The notes: generated from the letters alone by a model not told the origin. DNA of 64,000 nucleotides from Escherichia coli (GCF_003991155.1 NZ_CP031293.1), one strand, 5' to 3'. Positions 28,572-43,688 are shown, counted from the stretch's first letter. Made by a program: numbers and translations.

Positions 28572-31129
28572 CGTCCACCTCCGGAGAACAGGCCACCATC
28601 ACGCATCTGTGTCTGAATTTCATCACGGGCACCCTTGCGGGCCATGTCATACACCGCCTTCAGAGCGGCCGGACCTATCTGCCCGTTCGTGCCGTCGTTG
28701 TTAATCACCACATGGTTATTCTGCTCAAACGTCCCGGACGCCTGCGACCGGCTGTCTGCCATGCTGCCCGGTGTACCGACATAACCGCCGGTGGCATAGC
28801 CGCGCATCAGCCGGTAAAGATTCCCCACGCCAATCCGGCTGGTTGCCTCCTTCGTGAAGACAAACTCACCACGGTGAACAATCCCCGCTGGCTCATATTT
28901 GCCGCCGGTTCCCGTAAATCCTCCGGTTGCAAAATGGAATTTCGCCGCAGCGGCCTGAATGGCTGTACCGCCTGACGCGGATGCGCCGCCACCAACAGCC
29001 CCGCCAATGGCGCTGCCGATACTCCCGACAATCCCCACCATTGCCTGCTTAAGCAGAATTTCTGTCATCATGGACAGCACGGAACGGGTGAAGCTGCGCC
29101 AGTTCTGCTCACTGCCGGTCAGCATCGCCGCCATATTCTGTGCAATACCATCAAAGGTCTGCGTGGCTGCACTTTTTACCTGCGACATACTGTCCGTGGC
29201 GCTCTCTTCCCACTCACTCCAGCCGGACTTCAGGCCTGCCATCCAGTTCCCGCGAAGCTGGTCTTCAGCCGCCCAGGTCTTTTTCTGCTCTGACATGACG
29301 TTATTCAGCGCCAGCGGATTATCGCCATACTGTTCCTTCAGGCGCTGTTCCGTGGCTTCCCGTTCTGCCTGCCGGTCAGTCAGCCCCCGGCTTTTCGCAT
29401 CAATGGCGGCCCGTTTTGCCCGTTGCTGCTGTGCGAATTTATCCGCCTGCTGCGCCAGCGCGTTCAGGCGCTCCTGATACGTAACCTTGTCGCCAAGCGC
29501 AGCCAGCTGGCGTTTGTACTCCAGCGTCTCATCTTTATGCGCCAGCAGGGATTTCTCCTGTGCAGACAGCTGGCGACGTTGCGCCGCCTCCTCCAGTACC
29601 GCGAACTGACTCTCCGCCTTCCACAAATCCCGGCGCTGCTGGCTGATTTTCTCATTTGCTCCGGCATGCTTCTCCAGCGTCCGGAGTTCTGCCTGAAGCG
29701 TCAGCAGAGCAGCATGAGCACTGTCTTCCTGACGATCGCCCGCAGACACCTTCACGCCGGACTGTTTCGGCTTTTTCAGCGTCGCTTCATAATCCTTTTT
29801 CGCCGCCGCCATCAGCGTGTTGTAATCCGCCTGCAGGATTTTCCCGTCTTTCAGTGCCTTGTTCAGTTCTTCCTGACGGGCGGTATATTTCTCCAGCGGC
29901 GTCTGCAGCCGTTCGTAAGCCTTCTGCGCCTCTTCGGTATATTTCAGCCGTGACGCTTCGGTATCGCTCTGCTGCTGCGCATTTTTGTCCTGTTGAGTCT
30001 GCTGCTCAGCCTTCTTTCGGGCGGCTTCAAGCGCAAGACGGGCCTTTTCACGGTCATCCCAGTAACGCGCCCGCGCTTCATCGTTAACAAAATAATCATC
30101 CTTGCGCAGATTCCAGATGTCGTCTGCTTTCTTAAACGCAGCCTCTGCCTTAATCAGCATCTCCTGCGCGGTATCAGGACGACCAATATCCAGCACCGCA
30201 TCCCACATGGATTTGAATGCCCGCGCAGTCCTGTCTGCCCAGGTCTCCAGCGTGCCCATGTTCTCTTTCAGGCGGCGGGTCTGGTCATCAAACCCTTTCG
30301 TTGCGGCCTCGTTCGCCGCCTGCAATGCCCCGGCTTCATCGCCGGAACGCTGCAACTGAGCAACATACGCAATCTGCTCCGCCGTCACGTTATGGAACTG
30401 GCGTGCCATCGCCGTCAGCCCCGACGTCGGGTCTGTGGTCAGCTTCCCGAAGGCTTCAGCGACCTTGTCCACCTCCACGCTGGATGCAGAGGAGAAACGC
30501 GCCACACTCTGGCTGATGGACGCAATCTGAGCCTCACCGCTTACCCCCGCCTTAACCAGTGCGCTGAGTGACTCGCTGGTCTGGTCAAACGTCAGCCCTG
30601 CCGCCTGCCCGGCTCTGGACAGGACCAGCATGCGATCTGCCGTCAGCCCCGACTGATTGCCGGAAAGGACCAGCGTTTTGTTGAAATCGGACAGGGTTGA
30701 GTTGCCCTGATACCAGGCATACGCCAGCGCACCGGTCGCCACCGCCAGCGAGGTGGCCCCGACCATCGGCAGGGTGAGCGCACCGGCAAGCCCCCTGAAC
30801 ATGGGGATCATCCCGCCGAAGGAGTCCTTCACCTGACCACCCTGTTGCAGCAGGATCAGCCACGGACTTTGCCCGCCTGCAAGCTGCGTGGCCACGTCAG
30901 TGAACTGCGCAGGCAGCATACGCATGGCAGCTTTATACTGCCCAACGGAAATCCCCGCTTTCTGTGCAGCCAGCGCCTGTCGGCTCAGCGACTGTTCAAC
31001 GACTGCCGCTGTTTTTTTCGCATCACTTTCCGTACCGGAAAAATGACGCCTGACTCTGGCCATCTGCTCGTCAAATCTGGCCGCATCCAGACTCAAATCA
31101 ACGACCAGATCGCCTACCGGTTCAGCCAT
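28568..31129 (-). CDS. H: Tail tape-measure protein H
   Basis: 853 aa, the same length as lambda H, MAEPVGDLVVDLSLDAARFDEQ.... Confidence 0.95.
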   Translation of the reverse strand: MAEPVGDLVVDLSLDAARFDEQMARVRRHFSGTESDAKKTAAVVEQSLSRQALAAQKAGISVGQYKAAMRMLPAQFTDVATQLAGGQSPWLILLQQGGQVKDSFGGMIPMFRGLAGALTLPMVGATSLAVATGALAYAWYQGNSTLSDFNKTLVLSGNQSGLTADRMLVLSRAGQAAGLTFDQTSESLSALVKAGVSGEAQIASISQSVARFSSASSVEVDKVAEAFGKLTTDPTSGLTAMARQFHNVTAEQIAYVAQLQRSGDEAGALQAANEAATKGFDDQTRRLKENMGTLETWADRTARAFKSMWDAVLDIGRPDTAQEMLIKAEAAFKKADDIWNLRKDDYFVNDEARARYWDDREKARLALEAARKKAEQQTQQDKNAQQQSDTEASRLKYTEEAQKAYERLQTPLEKYTARQEELNKALKDGKILQADYNTLMAAAKKDYEATLKKPKQSGVKVSAGDRQEDSAHAALLTLQAELRTLEKHAGANEKISQQRRDLWKAESQFAVLEEAAQRRQLSAQEKSLLAHKDETLEYKRQLAALGDKVTYQERLNALAQQADKFAQQQRAKRAAIDAKSRGLTDRQAEREATEQRLKEQYGDNPLALNNVMSEQKKTWAAEDQLRGNWMAGLKSGWSEWEESATDSMSQVKSAATQTFDGIAQNMAAMLTGSEQNWRSFTRSVLSMMTEILLKQAMVGIVGSIGSAIGGAVGGGASASGGTAIQAAAAKFHFATGGFTGTGGKYEPAGIVHRGEFVFTKEATSRIGVGNLYRLMRGYATGGYVGTPGSMADSRSQASGTFEQNNHVVINNDGTNGQIGPAALKAVYDMARKGARDEIQTQMRDGGLFSGGGR

Positions 31130-31960
31130 ACCGGACTCCTCCTGCGATCCCTTCTGATACTGTCATCAGCATTACGTCATCCTCCGTCATGTCCGCCACA
31201 TCCGTGGAAGTAGGGATAACTTCATTCCCGTCCGGGCCAAAGCGGACACCTCCGGCAAGCCCTGCCGCTTTCTGCATCAGCACATCATCTTCAGGCTCTT
31301 CGTCAGCCTCGCGCCGGTTCAGCAGACTGAAATCCAGCGGATGCATATCCGGATCGCTGAAAAACAGGCTGAGCACGGTGTACGTCAGCCCGGAAAAGTG
31401 CATATCCAGCAGAACATCATGAAAATAATGGGTACTGTAAAAGCGGTGCCAGTCGGCATACTCCGTGGATGACATCCCGGCAAGCATGGCACGCCAGTCG
31501 GGTCGCCCCATCTCACGCGCCAGTTTCAGGGCAAAACTCAGCTCACCGTCGAACGCTTTCCCGCAGAAACAGGCTCTGCAGGCCCGGAGTCCTCTGCCTG
31601 TTCAGGGGCATCATTCACCACAAACTCATACATACCGGACAGCCGGTACACCACGTTTTCAGCATGAGAAATTGCCTCCGTGGGCCAGGTGGTAAGCACT
31701 TCCTGCTCAATCTGTTTAACGGCTTCATTCATGGAAGGCAGCTTTGTCTTCTGCGGATGGTTATGCCACAGGGACATCGCCACCACAAAAGCACCGGTTC
31801 TGATGGCGTCTTCCACAGTAAACTTCCGGTTGCTGTCTGACTCCGCCTGTTCTGCCTGCCGTTTCATCAGGGCGAGATGCTCAATACGCTGCAGGGCTGA
31901 CAGTTCAGAAAGCGTGACGGTCACACCGTTATGTTCAAATGATTCGGTTTTCAGGAACAT
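31122..31960 (-). CDS. T: Tail assembly chaperone G-T fusion made by programmed -1 frameshift
   Basis: Slippery GGGAAAG lies at 31556-31562 (minus strand). The -1 frame continues KAFDGELSFALKLAREMGRPDWRAMLAG... to the stop at 31122. Confidence 0.9.
31538..31960 (-). CDS. G: Tail assembly chaperone G
   Basis: 140 aa, MFLKTESFEHNGVTVTLSELSALQRIEHL...AGKRSTVS. Confidence 0.95.
   Translation of the reverse strand: MFLKTESFEHNGVTVTLSELSALQRIEHLALMKRQAEQAESDSNRKFTVEDAIRTGAFVVAMSLWHNHPQKTKLPSMNEAVKQIEQEVLTTWPTEAISHAENVVYRLSGMYEFVVNDAPEQAEDSGPAEPVSAGKRSTVS
31556..31562 (-). promoter_or_regulatory. G/GT -1 ribosomal frameshift heptamer G GGA AAG
   Basis: Plus strand CTTTCCC equals minus strand GGGAAAG, 6 codons before the G stop. 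Confidence 0.9.
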
Positions 31961-31975
31961 CGCTGACTCTCCGGA

Positions 31976-32716
31976 TTAACTGGCGGTGACGTTGATTTCT
32001 GCAACCGCAGCAAGTTCACCATTACCGGATACGACCGGAATGTTGACCTTGCCTGCAGCAACACCTTTCACGGTGATGGTCATACCACTGACCGACACGG
32101 TGGCTTTTGTTTTATCCGCAGACACCGCACGGAAGCTCTTGTCGGTTGCGCCTTCCGGCTGGAATGCCACGGTCAGCGTCGTGCTCTTCCCTTTCACCAC
32201 CGAGGTGCTGGCAGGCGTCACGGTCATGCCGGTTGCCGCTGTTACCGTGCTGCGATCTTCTGCCATCGACGGACGTCCCACATTGGTGACTTTCACCGTG
32301 CGGGTGATCACTTCCTTCGCCGTCACCGCCTTACCGATACTGCTGACCCAGCCGCGGAACACATCGATCGTGCCGTTCGGGAAGCGGATTTTATAGGCAC
32401 GGGTATCACCTTCATTAAACCACGCCAGCAGCGCCTGCTGCCCCTGCTCTCCGGGCATCCACGCCAGCGTGAAGCTGGTATCTCCGGCAGATTTCTGCCC
32501 CTGTCCGGTCGCGGTCCAGTCCGCATCTTCATCATCGAGATAACTGTCGTCATAGGACTCAGCGGTCAGTTCGCCGGGCGTCAGGTCTTTAACCTTTGCC
32601 AGACGCGACCAGTCATTGTCTGAAAGCGGGTTTGCATAAGGGTCGCCGCTCCCGTTATAAACCCACAGTGTGGTCCCGGCCCCTTTCACCGGTGCCAGAG
32701 GATTTGGTGTTGGCAT
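31976..32716 (-). CDS. V: Major tail tube protein V
   Basis: Trimmed to [20 protein letters not shown], giving 246 aa. Has a C-terminal Ig-like domain. Confidence 0.95.
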   Translation of the reverse strand: MPTPNPLAPVKGAGTTLWVYNGSGDPYANPLSDNDWSRLAKVKDLTPGELTAESYDDSYLDDEDADWTATGQGQKSAGDTSFTLAWMPGEQGQQALLAWFNEGDTRAYKIRFPNGTIDVFRGWVSSIGKAVTAKEVITRTVKVTNVGRPSMAEDRSTVTAATGMTVTPASTSVVKGKSTTLTVAFQPEGATDKSFRAVSADKTKATVSVSGMTITVKGVAAGKVNIPVVSGNGELAAVAEINVTAS

Positions 32717-32723
32717 ATCGTCC

Positions 32724-33119
32724 TCACATTTCATAGGTAATGACATAAGTCAGATCGGCTGAACTCCACAGGCCCGCATCATCGTCGCGCCGGTAGTCAT
32801 AGCCACTGGCCACCATACTGGTGATCAAATCTGACAGTGCCGGGATATCGCTCATCACCGGATAAATCCGGGACTCCATCCACGAATCCAGCTCTGAATC
32901 CGGCACCTGAGCAGGCAGGAAAACTTCAATATGCAGCTCCGCCTGCCAGGTATCGCTGTCCAGCTCTTCGCCCGTGTATTCAGCGCCGGTGAGATAAACG
33001 GCAATTGCCGGAAAATCTTCCTCATCAAAAACAGCAGGGCGACCATCAAAAAGCGTCGCCCCGGTGTCATGCTTCTCCAGTGCATCCAGTACGGCTGCAC
33101 GGAGTTCAGTATGTTTCAT
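32724..33119 (-). CDS. U: Tail terminator protein U
   Basis: 131 aa, [20 protein letters not shown].... Confidence 0.95.
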   Translation of the reverse strand: MKHTELRAAVLDALEKHDTGATLFDGRPAVFDEEDFPAIAVYLTGAEYTGEELDSDTWQAELHIEVFLPAQVPDSELDSWMESRIYPVMSDIPALSDLITSMVASGYDYRRDDDAGLWSSADLTYVITYEM

Positions 33120-33694
33120 CGCTTTATTACCATTCTCAGTTGATGCTGCAGCGCATAGCCCAGCTCTTTCGGAAGACGCTCACGCCGTATCCGCTCAATA
33201 TTCTGTTTAAACGCCGTGGTCAGCGGCACCGCCATCGGGATTTTCACCACATCAATGGGGTAACGGTTTTTCCCGGCCACACGCTGCATGACATGCCACC
33301 GGCCATTTTTCAGTTGCTGAATAAACGCGCCGGGAATACGACGGTTTCCCACCACAAGCACGCTGCCGCCACCTTTCAGGGATGAACGCTGCCCCTTTTT
33401 ACGACGCCTGCGTCGGGACAGGACAACCCGCGCGTTACCCAGCCTGATTACGGGCAAATCCCCCCGGTTAACCTTGATTCTGGCCTGCGGATTTTTGACC
33501 GTGGCCCTTTTCAGCCTGGCCCTTTCCTTTACCAGTTTCCGGCGTACCTTTGTCTCACGGGCAACCTGTGACGCCGACTGCGATATCGCGGATGAAGCAA
33601 CGCGGTTAATGGCCATTGCGGCGGCACCGGGCACCGCCGTTCTGCTGATACGGCTGAGGTTTTCAACGGCCTGCTCAAGACCTTTTATGGCCAT
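33116..33694 (-). CDS. Z: Tail completion protein Z
   Basis: 192 aa, MAIKGLEQAVENLSRISRTAVPGAAAMAINRV.... Confidence 0.95.
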   Translation of the reverse strand: MAIKGLEQAVENLSRISRTAVPGAAAMAINRVASSAISQSASQVARETKVRRKLVKERARLKRATVKNPQARIKVNRGDLPVIRLGNARVVLSRRRRRKKGQRSSLKGGGSVLVVGNRRIPGAFIQQLKNGRWHVMQRVAGKNRYPIDVVKIPMAVPLTTAFKQNIERIRRERLPKELGYALQHQLRMVIKR

Positions 33695-33705
33695 ACATCC
33701 CCCTT

Positions 33706-34059
33706 TCAGCGGCGACGGTTAACGGCAGGCGGTACGCCCCGCCCAAGCCAGAGATGACAGCTTCCGCCATCATCCGGCGAAATCCGGTCTATCCAGAAGT
33801 TTTCCTCACCGATGGTCAGCGTGTCGCCGCGCCGCAGCTGCCGCACATCATCAGTCCGGACAAACAGGGACGGGCTGGAGCCTTCAACGCGCACGCCCTG
33901 TCCGGCATAGCTGATATTTTCAGGGTCATCAAAAACACCACGTATCACAGCACCGGACTGCTCACCGGATGTCATGGTGGCTGACGTTCCCATGTACCCG
34001 CGTATCGTTTCATCGGCGCGGGCAATGGCAGCATCGAACAGGTTATCGAAATCAGCCAC
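33706..34059 (-). CDS. FII: Head-tail joining protein FII
   Basis: 117 aa, MADFDNLFDAAIARADETIRGYMG.... Confidence 0.95.
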   Translation of the reverse strand: MADFDNLFDAAIARADETIRGYMGTSATMTSGEQSGAVIRGVFDDPENISYAGQGVRVEGSSPSLFVRTDDVRQLRRGDTLTIGEENFWIDRISPDDGGSCHLWLGRGVPPAVNRRR

Positions 34060-34070
34060 AGCGCCTCCCG

Positions 34071-34469
34071 TTATTGCATTCTGGCCAGGCCGCGCTCTGT
34101 CATTTCAGCTGCCACACCGGCAGAGACACGGAACGCCGTTCCCGGCAGCACAAATGCCACAGGTTCATCCCGCGTGGCGTGAAGTGCATCAGTATGCAGC
34201 GTCACCAGTGCCACAACCGTGACCAGTTCAGCCGTATCCTGAATCACGGTATCCGGCTGCGCTGATACCACCTCATTTTCATGCCCGGTCAGCACATTTT
34301 CCCGGCTGAGAGGGGTGTCCTGACCGGCAGTTTCATCCGTGTCATCAAGCTCTTCTTCCAGCTCTGCCACACGAAGCGCCAGTTCTTCTTTCGTTCCCGT
34401 CAAACTGACATCGCGGTTCAGTTGCTCACCCAGCTCCTGAAGACGGGCAATCAGTTCATCTTTCGTCAT
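34071..34469 (-). CDS. FI: DNA-packaging/head-completion protein FI
   Basis: Trimmed to MTKDELIARLQELGEQLNRDVSLTG, giving 132 aa. Confidence 0.9.
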   Translation of the reverse strand: MTKDELIARLQELGEQLNRDVSLTGTKEELALRVAELEEELDDTDETAGQDTPLSRENVLTGHENEVVSAQPDTVIQDTAELVTVVALVTLHTDALHATRDEPVAFVLPGTAFRVSAGVAAEMTERGLARMQ

Positions 34470-34510
34470 GAACTCCTCCACAGAGAGAAAATGGCCCCGA
34501 AGGGCCATGA

Positions 34511-35536
34511 TTACGCCAGTTGTACAGACACGAACTCATCAGGATCAGCCAGCAGCATCAGCGGTGCTGACTGAATCATGGTGAACTCACGCGCCGGATC
34601 GCCGGTGGTCACCCAGTTTTTCGGGTAACGGGCAGAGGCGTTAATGCCTTCGCGCTGTGCGTCCGCATCCTGAATGCAGCCATAGGTGCGCAGACCGCGT
34701 GCCTGAGTGTTCCCCAGCACCATCGTGTTGTCCGGCAGGAAGTTCTTTTTGACGCCGTTTTCCACGTACTGTCCGGAATACACGACGATGGCCACATCGC
34801 CATACATCCCCTTGTAGGACACCGCTTTGCCCAGGTCTTTCACCGCTGTCTCCAGCTCGGAATGAGAGCCGCGACGAGTATCCAGCTTCTCCTTGACGGC
34901 TTTGAAGGAACGGAACAGCGCCCAGCCTTTCGGATCAAACACGATGATATTCACCACTCCGCTGGCGTTCAGCGCGTAGGCTTCGATATCGTCGGTCGGG
35001 TCATACGTGGACTTGTCACGCTTGCTCCACTCCGTGCCGCCGGACTGCGTGATGTTGTTGGCCGCACTGCGGCCCATATCCACCTCAACCGGATCGAAAG
35101 CTTCACCGGTCATGGTGTATTTGCCCTTAAGCACGGCAGAAACTGCCTGCATCTCTTCGACCTGGGCAATGGCCAGCTCTTCGTCACGCATGTTCTGCAT
35201 AATGATGCGACGGCGGCGGTAAGCCGGGTCCGCCAGATTCTGCGGATCTTCATCCGGCAGGCGACGCAGGGTCATCTGCGGATTCACCTCATGCTTCGGC
35301 TTGACATATCCCGGCGTAAATTCAGAGGTGGAGCCGCCACGGGAGCGGATAACCTCACCGGAAACAATCGGCGAAACGTACAGCGCCATGTTTACCAGCC
35401 CCGGAATTTGTGAGAGATAGACTTTCTCCGTGGTGAAGGGATAGCTCTCACGGAAAAAGAGACGCAGAAACAGCGGATCAAACTTAAATTTCTGCTCATT
35501 TGCCGCCAGCAGCTGGGCGGTTGTGTACATCGACAT
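34511..35536 (-). CDS. E: Major capsid protein E
   Basis: Trimmed to MSMYTTAQLLAANEQKFKFDPLFLRLF, giving 341 aa, the same as lambda E. Confidence 0.95.
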   Translation of the reverse strand: MSMYTTAQLLAANEQKFKFDPLFLRLFFRESYPFTTEKVYLSQIPGLVNMALYVSPIVSGEVIRSRGGSTSEFTPGYVKPKHEVNPQMTLRRLPDEDPQNLADPAYRRRRIIMQNMRDEELAIAQVEEMQAVSAVLKGKYTMTGEAFDPVEVDMGRSAANNITQSGGTEWSKRDKSTYDPTDDIEAYALNASGVVNIIVFDPKGWALFRSFKAVKEKLDTRRGSHSELETAVKDLGKAVSYKGMYGDVAIVVYSGQYVENGVKKNFLPDNTMVLGNTQARGLRTYGCIQDADAQREGINASARYPKNWVTTGDPAREFTMIQSAPLMLLADPDEFVSVQLA

Positions 35537-35591
35537 AAAAAAATCCCGTAAAAAAAGCCGCACAGGCGGCCTTTAGTGATGAAGGGTAAGG

Positions 35592-35924
35592 TTAAACGAT
35601 GCTGATTGCCGTTCCGGCAAACGCGGTCCGTTTTTTCGTCTCGTCGCTGGCAGCCTCCGGCCAGAGCACATCCTCATAACGGAACGTGCCGGACTTGTAG
35701 AACGTCAGCGTGGTGCTGGTCTGGTCAGCAGCAACAGCAAGAATGCCAACGGCAGCACCGTCGGTGGTGCCATCCCACGCAACCAGCTTACGGGTGGAGG
35801 TGTCCAGCATCAGCGGGGTCATTGCAGGCGCTTTCGCACTCAATCCGCCTGGCGCGGTTGCGGTATGAGCCGGGTCACTGTTGCCCAGCGGCTGGTAATG
35901 GGTAAAGGTTTCTTTGCTCGTCAT
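35592..35924 (-). CDS. D: Head decoration protein D
   Basis: Trimmed to [27 protein letters not shown], giving 110 aa. Confidence 0.95.
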   Translation of the reverse strand: MTSKETFTHYQPLGNSDPAHTATAPGGLSAKAPAMTPLMLDTSTRKLVAWDGTTDGAAVGILAVAADQTSTTLTFYKSGTFRYEDVLWPEAASDETKKRTAFAGTAISIV

Positions 35925-35933
35925 AAACATCCC

Positions 35934-36539
35934 TTACACTGGTGTGTTCAGCAAATCGTTAACGGCATCAGATGCCGGGTTACCTGCAGCCAGCGGTGCC
36001 GGTGCACCCTGCATCAGACGATCCAGCGCAGTGTCACTGCGCGCCTGTGCACTCTGTGGTGCTGCGGCCAGAATGCGGCGGGCCGTTTCCACGGTCATAC
36101 CGGGGGTTTCTGCCAGAACGCGCGCCTGTTCTTCGCGTCCGTGAGCCTCCTCACAGTTGAGGATCCCCATAATGCGGCTGTTTTCTGCCGCAACCGCTGC
36201 AGTGATCTGCGCGTTCACGTCCGGCTGCGCCGCGCTGGCGTTTTCGCCCTCCGTCGCTGGCACCACCTCAGTAACGTCAGCCTGCGAAGCAGTGGCTGAA
36301 ACAGTTGTTGATTGAGTCTCTTTGGTCATTCGCCCTCCTGAGAGACGGGATTTATGTGCATCCAGTGCATCACGCATGACGGTGATCGCATCGGTGCTGT
36401 TAACAAGTTCATCAGCCAGTCCGGCATCAATGGCCTCCTGACCGCTGTACACTGCAGCCTCGGTATCCAGCACAGCCTGCACAGACAGGCCGGTATATGC
36501 CGACACCTTCTGCGCAAACATCCGGCGGGTTGCGTCCAT
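35934..36539 (-). CDS. Nu3: Scaffold protein Nu3 (in-frame internal start within C)
   Basis: The internal ATG at 36539 reads MDATRRMFAQKVSAY, giving 201 codons to the shared stop. This is the lambda C/Nu3 nested arrangement. Confidence 0.75.
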   Translation of the reverse strand: MDATRRMFAQKVSAYTGLSVQAVLDTEAAVYSGQEAIDAGLADELVNSTDAITVMRDALDAHKSRLSGGRMTKETQSTTVSATASQADVTEVVPATEGENASAAQPDVNAQITAAVAAENSRIMGILNCEEAHGREEQARVLAETPGMTVETARRILAAAPQSAQARSDTALDRLMQGAPAPLAAGNPASDAVNDLLNTPV

Positions 36540-37233
36540 CCGGGACTGCAGTGTCTCCCGGACGTCATCCGGAAGATGGCTGTAAGGATTGCCATCCACC
36601 TTATGGCTGCCGCTGTAAATCAGCGTGATTTCCACGCCCTGTTTCTCCAGGGCAGCACCGTAATTACTGTGAGCCATCATGACGCCGATGGAGCCTGTCC
36701 GGGCGGTCTGCGTGACCAGACGCCGGGAGGCGGCACTGGCAAGCAGCTGACCTGCACTGCAGTTCATGTCGTTGGCCAGCGCCCATACCGGTTTTATGTC
36801 ACGCACACGGGCGATGATGTCAGCGCAGTCAAATGCCCCCGCCACCATTCCGCCTGGCGTGTCCATATCGAGCAGAATGCCGTCCACCATCGGGTCGCTG
36901 GCGGCCTGTTGCAGACGGGCGATAATGCCGTTGTAACCGGTCATCCCCGAGTACGGCTGCAGCGCCCGCGTCCGGCTGACCAGCGTGCCGGACACCGGCA
37001 GCACGGCGATGCCGTTCATGACCTGATAACTGCGGGCCTGTCGTGGTCCGTCATCATCACCGGATAATGCCAGCGTCGCGAGTGCCTCCTGGGCAGTCAG
37101 GCTGTCGCCGGACACCGCATCCGTCAGGCGGCTGATCCCAAGCTGGCCTGCAAGCGCACAAAAGAAAACCCGCGCATAGGCGGGTTCAAGCATCAGCGGC
37201 TCATTAAAGGCCATGCTGGCAATATGCGGGAGA

Positions 37234-37253
<20 letters not shown>
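35934..37253 (-). CDS. C: Head maturation protease/scaffold C
   Basis: GTG start at 37253 gives (M)TAELRNLPHIASMAFNEPL, 439 aa. Overlaps the B end by 20 nt, as in lambda. Confidence 0.9.
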
Positions 37254-40934
<3,681 letters not shown>

Positions 40935-40960
<26 letters not shown>

Positions 40961-41480
40961 TCAGCAACCCCGGTATCAGTTCATCCAGCGCGGCTGCTTT
41001 GTTCATGGCTTTGATGATATCCCGTTTCAGGAAATCAACATGTCGGTTTTCCAGTTCCGGAAAACGCCGCTGCACCGACAGGGGGATCCCGTCGAGAATA
41101 CTGGCAATTTCACCTGCGATACGCGACAGCACGAAAGTACAGAATGCGGTTTCCACCACTTCAGCGGAGTCTCTGGCATTTTTCAGCTCCTGTGCGTCGG
41201 CCTGCGCACGCGTAAGTCGATGGCGTTCGTACTCAATAGTCCCTGGCTGGAGATCTGTCTCGCTGGCCTGCAGCAGTTCTTCAACCTCCCGGCGCAGCTT
41301 TTCGTTCTCAATTTCAGCATCCCTTTCGGCATACCATTTTATGACGGCGGCAGAGTCATAAAGCACCTCATTACCCTTGCCACCGCCTCGCAGAACGGGC
41401 ATTCCCTGTTCCTGCCAGTTCTGAATGGTACGGATACTCGCACCGAAAATGTCAGCCAGCTGCTTTTTGTTGACTTCCAT
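40935..41480 (-). CDS. Nu1: Terminase small subunit Nu1
   Basis: 181 aa, MEVNKKQLADIFGASIRTIQNWQEQGMPVL (winged HTH). Confidence 0.95.
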
Positions 41481-41657
41481 TGCTCATTCCACGGACAAAA
41501 ACAGAGAAAGGAAACGACAGAGGCCAAAAAGCTCGCTTTCAGCACCTGTCGTTTCCTTTCTTTTCAGGGGGTGTTTTAAATAAAAACATTAGGTTACGGC
41601 GAAGAAGAACGGAAACACCTTAAACCGGAAAATTTTCATAAATAGCGAAAACCCGCG

Positions 41658-41669
41658 AGGTCGCCGCCC
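41658..41669. other. cosN cohesive-end site (within the cos region, ~41500-41760)
   Basis: AGGTCGCCGCCC is the complement of the lambda 12-nt cohesive end GGGCGGCGACCT. Flanking sequence reads like lambda cosB and cosQ. Confidence 0.9.
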
Positions 41670-41868
41670 CGTAACCTGTCGGATCGCCGGAAAGGACCCG
41701 CAAAATGATAATAATTATCATCTACATGTCACAACGTGCATCTACGCCATCAAACCACGTCAAATAATCAATTATGACGCAGGTATCGTATTAATTGATC
41801 TGCATCAACTTAACGTAAAAACAACTTCAGACAATACAAATCAGCGACACTGAATACGGGGCAACCTC

Positions 41869-42063
41869 ATGTCAACGAAGAACAGAACCCGCAGAACAAC
41901 AACCCGCAACATCCGCTTTCCTAACCAAATGATTGAACAAATTAACATCGCTCTTGAGCAAAAAGGGTCCGGGAATTTCTCAGCCTGGGTCATTGAAGCC
42001 TGCCGTCGGAGACTAACGTCAGAAAAGAGAGCATATACATCAATCCAAAGTGATGATGGATGA
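41869..42063 (+). CDS. Ribbon-helix-helix-like small protein (lambda orf64 equivalent)
   Basis: 64 aa, MSTKNRTRRTTTRNIRFPNQMIEQINIALEQKGSGNFSAWVIEACRRRL. Same position next to cos as in lambda. Confidence 0.8.
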   Translation: MSTKNRTRRTTTRNIRFPNQMIEQINIALEQKGSGNFSAWVIEACRRRLTSEKRAYTSIQSDDG

Positions 42064-42425
42064 ACATCCCGGTTTCTTCCACCATCGCACCGGAAAAGCG
42101 ACTATGAGGGTAACCCTGCGTCTGTCAGCACAGTAAAACCCGGTGTGCATCGTTTTTGATTATTCCCGCACACTCACGCAGAAGGAATTCCCCGTCGGGC
42201 TACGGTCATGGTTAATGCGGGAATACGGCGACGATACAGCGCAGCTAAAAGGGTAATAGACGGATAGACCGGTTTATTTCATTCCACAGGATTCTGAGTG
42301 TCCCCAACTTCCTCCAATAGTCTGAGCGTACACCTATATAGTTTTAATTTTCATCAATCCATTTAACTATCGTTTAATTGTTGTCACATAGGATTCTGCC
42401 GTTTTTAACAATGCAGGATAATAAG

Positions 42426-42719
42426 ATGAAAAAAATGTTGTTTTCTGCCGCTCTGGCAATGCTTATTACAGGATGTGCTCAACAGACGTTTACTGTTGGA
42501 AACAAACCGACAGCAGTAACACCAAAGGAAACCATCACCCATCACTTCTTCGTTTCGGGAATTGGACAGGAGAAAACTGTTGATGCAGCCAAAATTTGTG
42601 GCGGCGCAGAAAATGTTGTTAAAACAGAAACCCAGCAAACATTCGTAAATGGATTGCTCGGTTTTATTACTTTAGGCATTTATACTCCGCTGGAAGCGCG
42701 TGTGTATTGCTCACAATAA
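42426..42719 (+). CDS. bor: Bor serum-resistance lipoprotein
   Basis: Trimmed to MKKMLFSAALAMLITGCAQQ (lipobox), giving 97 aa. Opposite strand to the lysis genes, as in lambda. Confidence 0.95.
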   Translation: MKKMLFSAALAMLITGCAQQTFTVGNKPTAVTPKETITHHFFVSGIGQEKTVDAAKICGGAENVVKTETQQTFVNGLLGFITLGIYTPLEARVYCSQ

Positions 42720-42750
42720 TTGCATGAGTTGCCCATCGATATGGGCAGCT

Positions 42751-43212
42751 CTATCTGCACTGCTCATTAATATACTTCTGGGTTCCTTCCAGTTGTTTTT
42801 GCATAGTGATCAGCCTCTCTCTGAGGGTGAAATAATCCCGTTCAGCGGTGTCTGCCAGTCGGGGGGAGGCTGCATTATCCACGCCGGAGGCGGTGGTGGC
42901 TTCACGCACTGACTGACAGACTGCTTTGATGTGCAACCGACGACGACCAGCGGCAACATCATCACGCAGAGCATCATTTTCAGCTTTCGCATCAGCTAAC
43001 TCCTTCGTGTATTTTGCATCGAGCGCAGCAACATCACGCTGACGCATCTGCATGTCAGTAATTGCCGCGTTCGCCAGCTTCAGTTCTCTGGCATTTTTGT
43101 CGCGCTGGGCTTTGTAGGTAATGGCGTTATCACGGTAATGATTAACCGCCCATGACAGACAGACGATGATGCAGATAACCAGAGCGGAGATAATCGCGGT
43201 TAATCTGTTCAT
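42751..43212 (-). CDS. Rz: Rz i-spanin
   Basis: 153 aa, [38 protein letters not shown].... Confidence 0.95.
   Translation of the reverse strand: MNRLTAIISALVICIIVCLSWAVNHYRDNAITYKAQRDKNARELKLANAAITDMQMRQRDVAALDAKYTKELADAKAENDALRDDVAAGRRRLHIKAVCQSVREATTASGVDNAASPRLADTAERDYFTLRERLITMQKQLEGTQKYINEQCR
42810..42992 (-). CDS. Rz1: Rz1 o-spanin lipoprotein embedded in the +1 frame of Rz
   Basis: 60 aa, [24 protein letters not shown]...[29 protein letters not shown]. Confidence 0.9.
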   Translation of the reverse strand: MRKLKMMLCVMMLPLVVVGCTSKQSVSQCVKPPPPPAWIMQPPPDWQTPLNGIISPSERG

Positions 43213-43685
43213 ACCTCAATCTCTCTGACCATTCCGCCCGCTTCTTTGAATTTTGCAATCAGGCTGTCAGCCTTATGCTCGAACTGACCATAACCAGCGC
43301 CCGGAAGTGAAGCCCAGATATTGCTGCAACGGTCGATAGCCTGACGAATATCACCGCGATCAATCATCGGTAAAGCGCCACGCTCTTTAATCTGTTGCAG
43401 TGCCACAGCGTCCTGGCTTTTCGGAGAGAAGTCTTTCAGGCCAAGCTGCTTGCGGTAAGCAACCCACCAGCGTGAAAGAAGTTGATAACGGCCTGCAGCT
43501 GTTGATTTGAGTTTCGGGTTTAGCGTGACAAGTTTGCGAGGGTGATCGGAGTAATCAGTGAAGAGTTCTCCACCGACAATAACGTCATAACCGTGGTTAC
43601 GTGTCGGTTGTCGCCCGTTATCCGTTCCCTCTGACCATGCCACCATATCAAGGAAAGCTTTACGCTGGGAATTTAGTACCTGCAT
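43209..43685 (-). CDS. R: Endolysin R (lambda-type lytic transglycosylase)
   Basis: 158 aa, ...[41 protein letters not shown].... Confidence 0.95.
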   Translation of the reverse strand: MQVLNSQRKAFLDMVAWSEGTDNGRQPTRNHGYDVIVGGELFTDYSDHPRKLVTLNPKLKSTAAGRYQLLSRWWVAYRKQLGLKDFSPKSQDAVALQQIKERGALPMIDRGDIRQAIDRCSNIWASLPGAGYGQFEHKADSLIAKFKEAGGMVREIEV

Positions 43686-43688
43686 AAA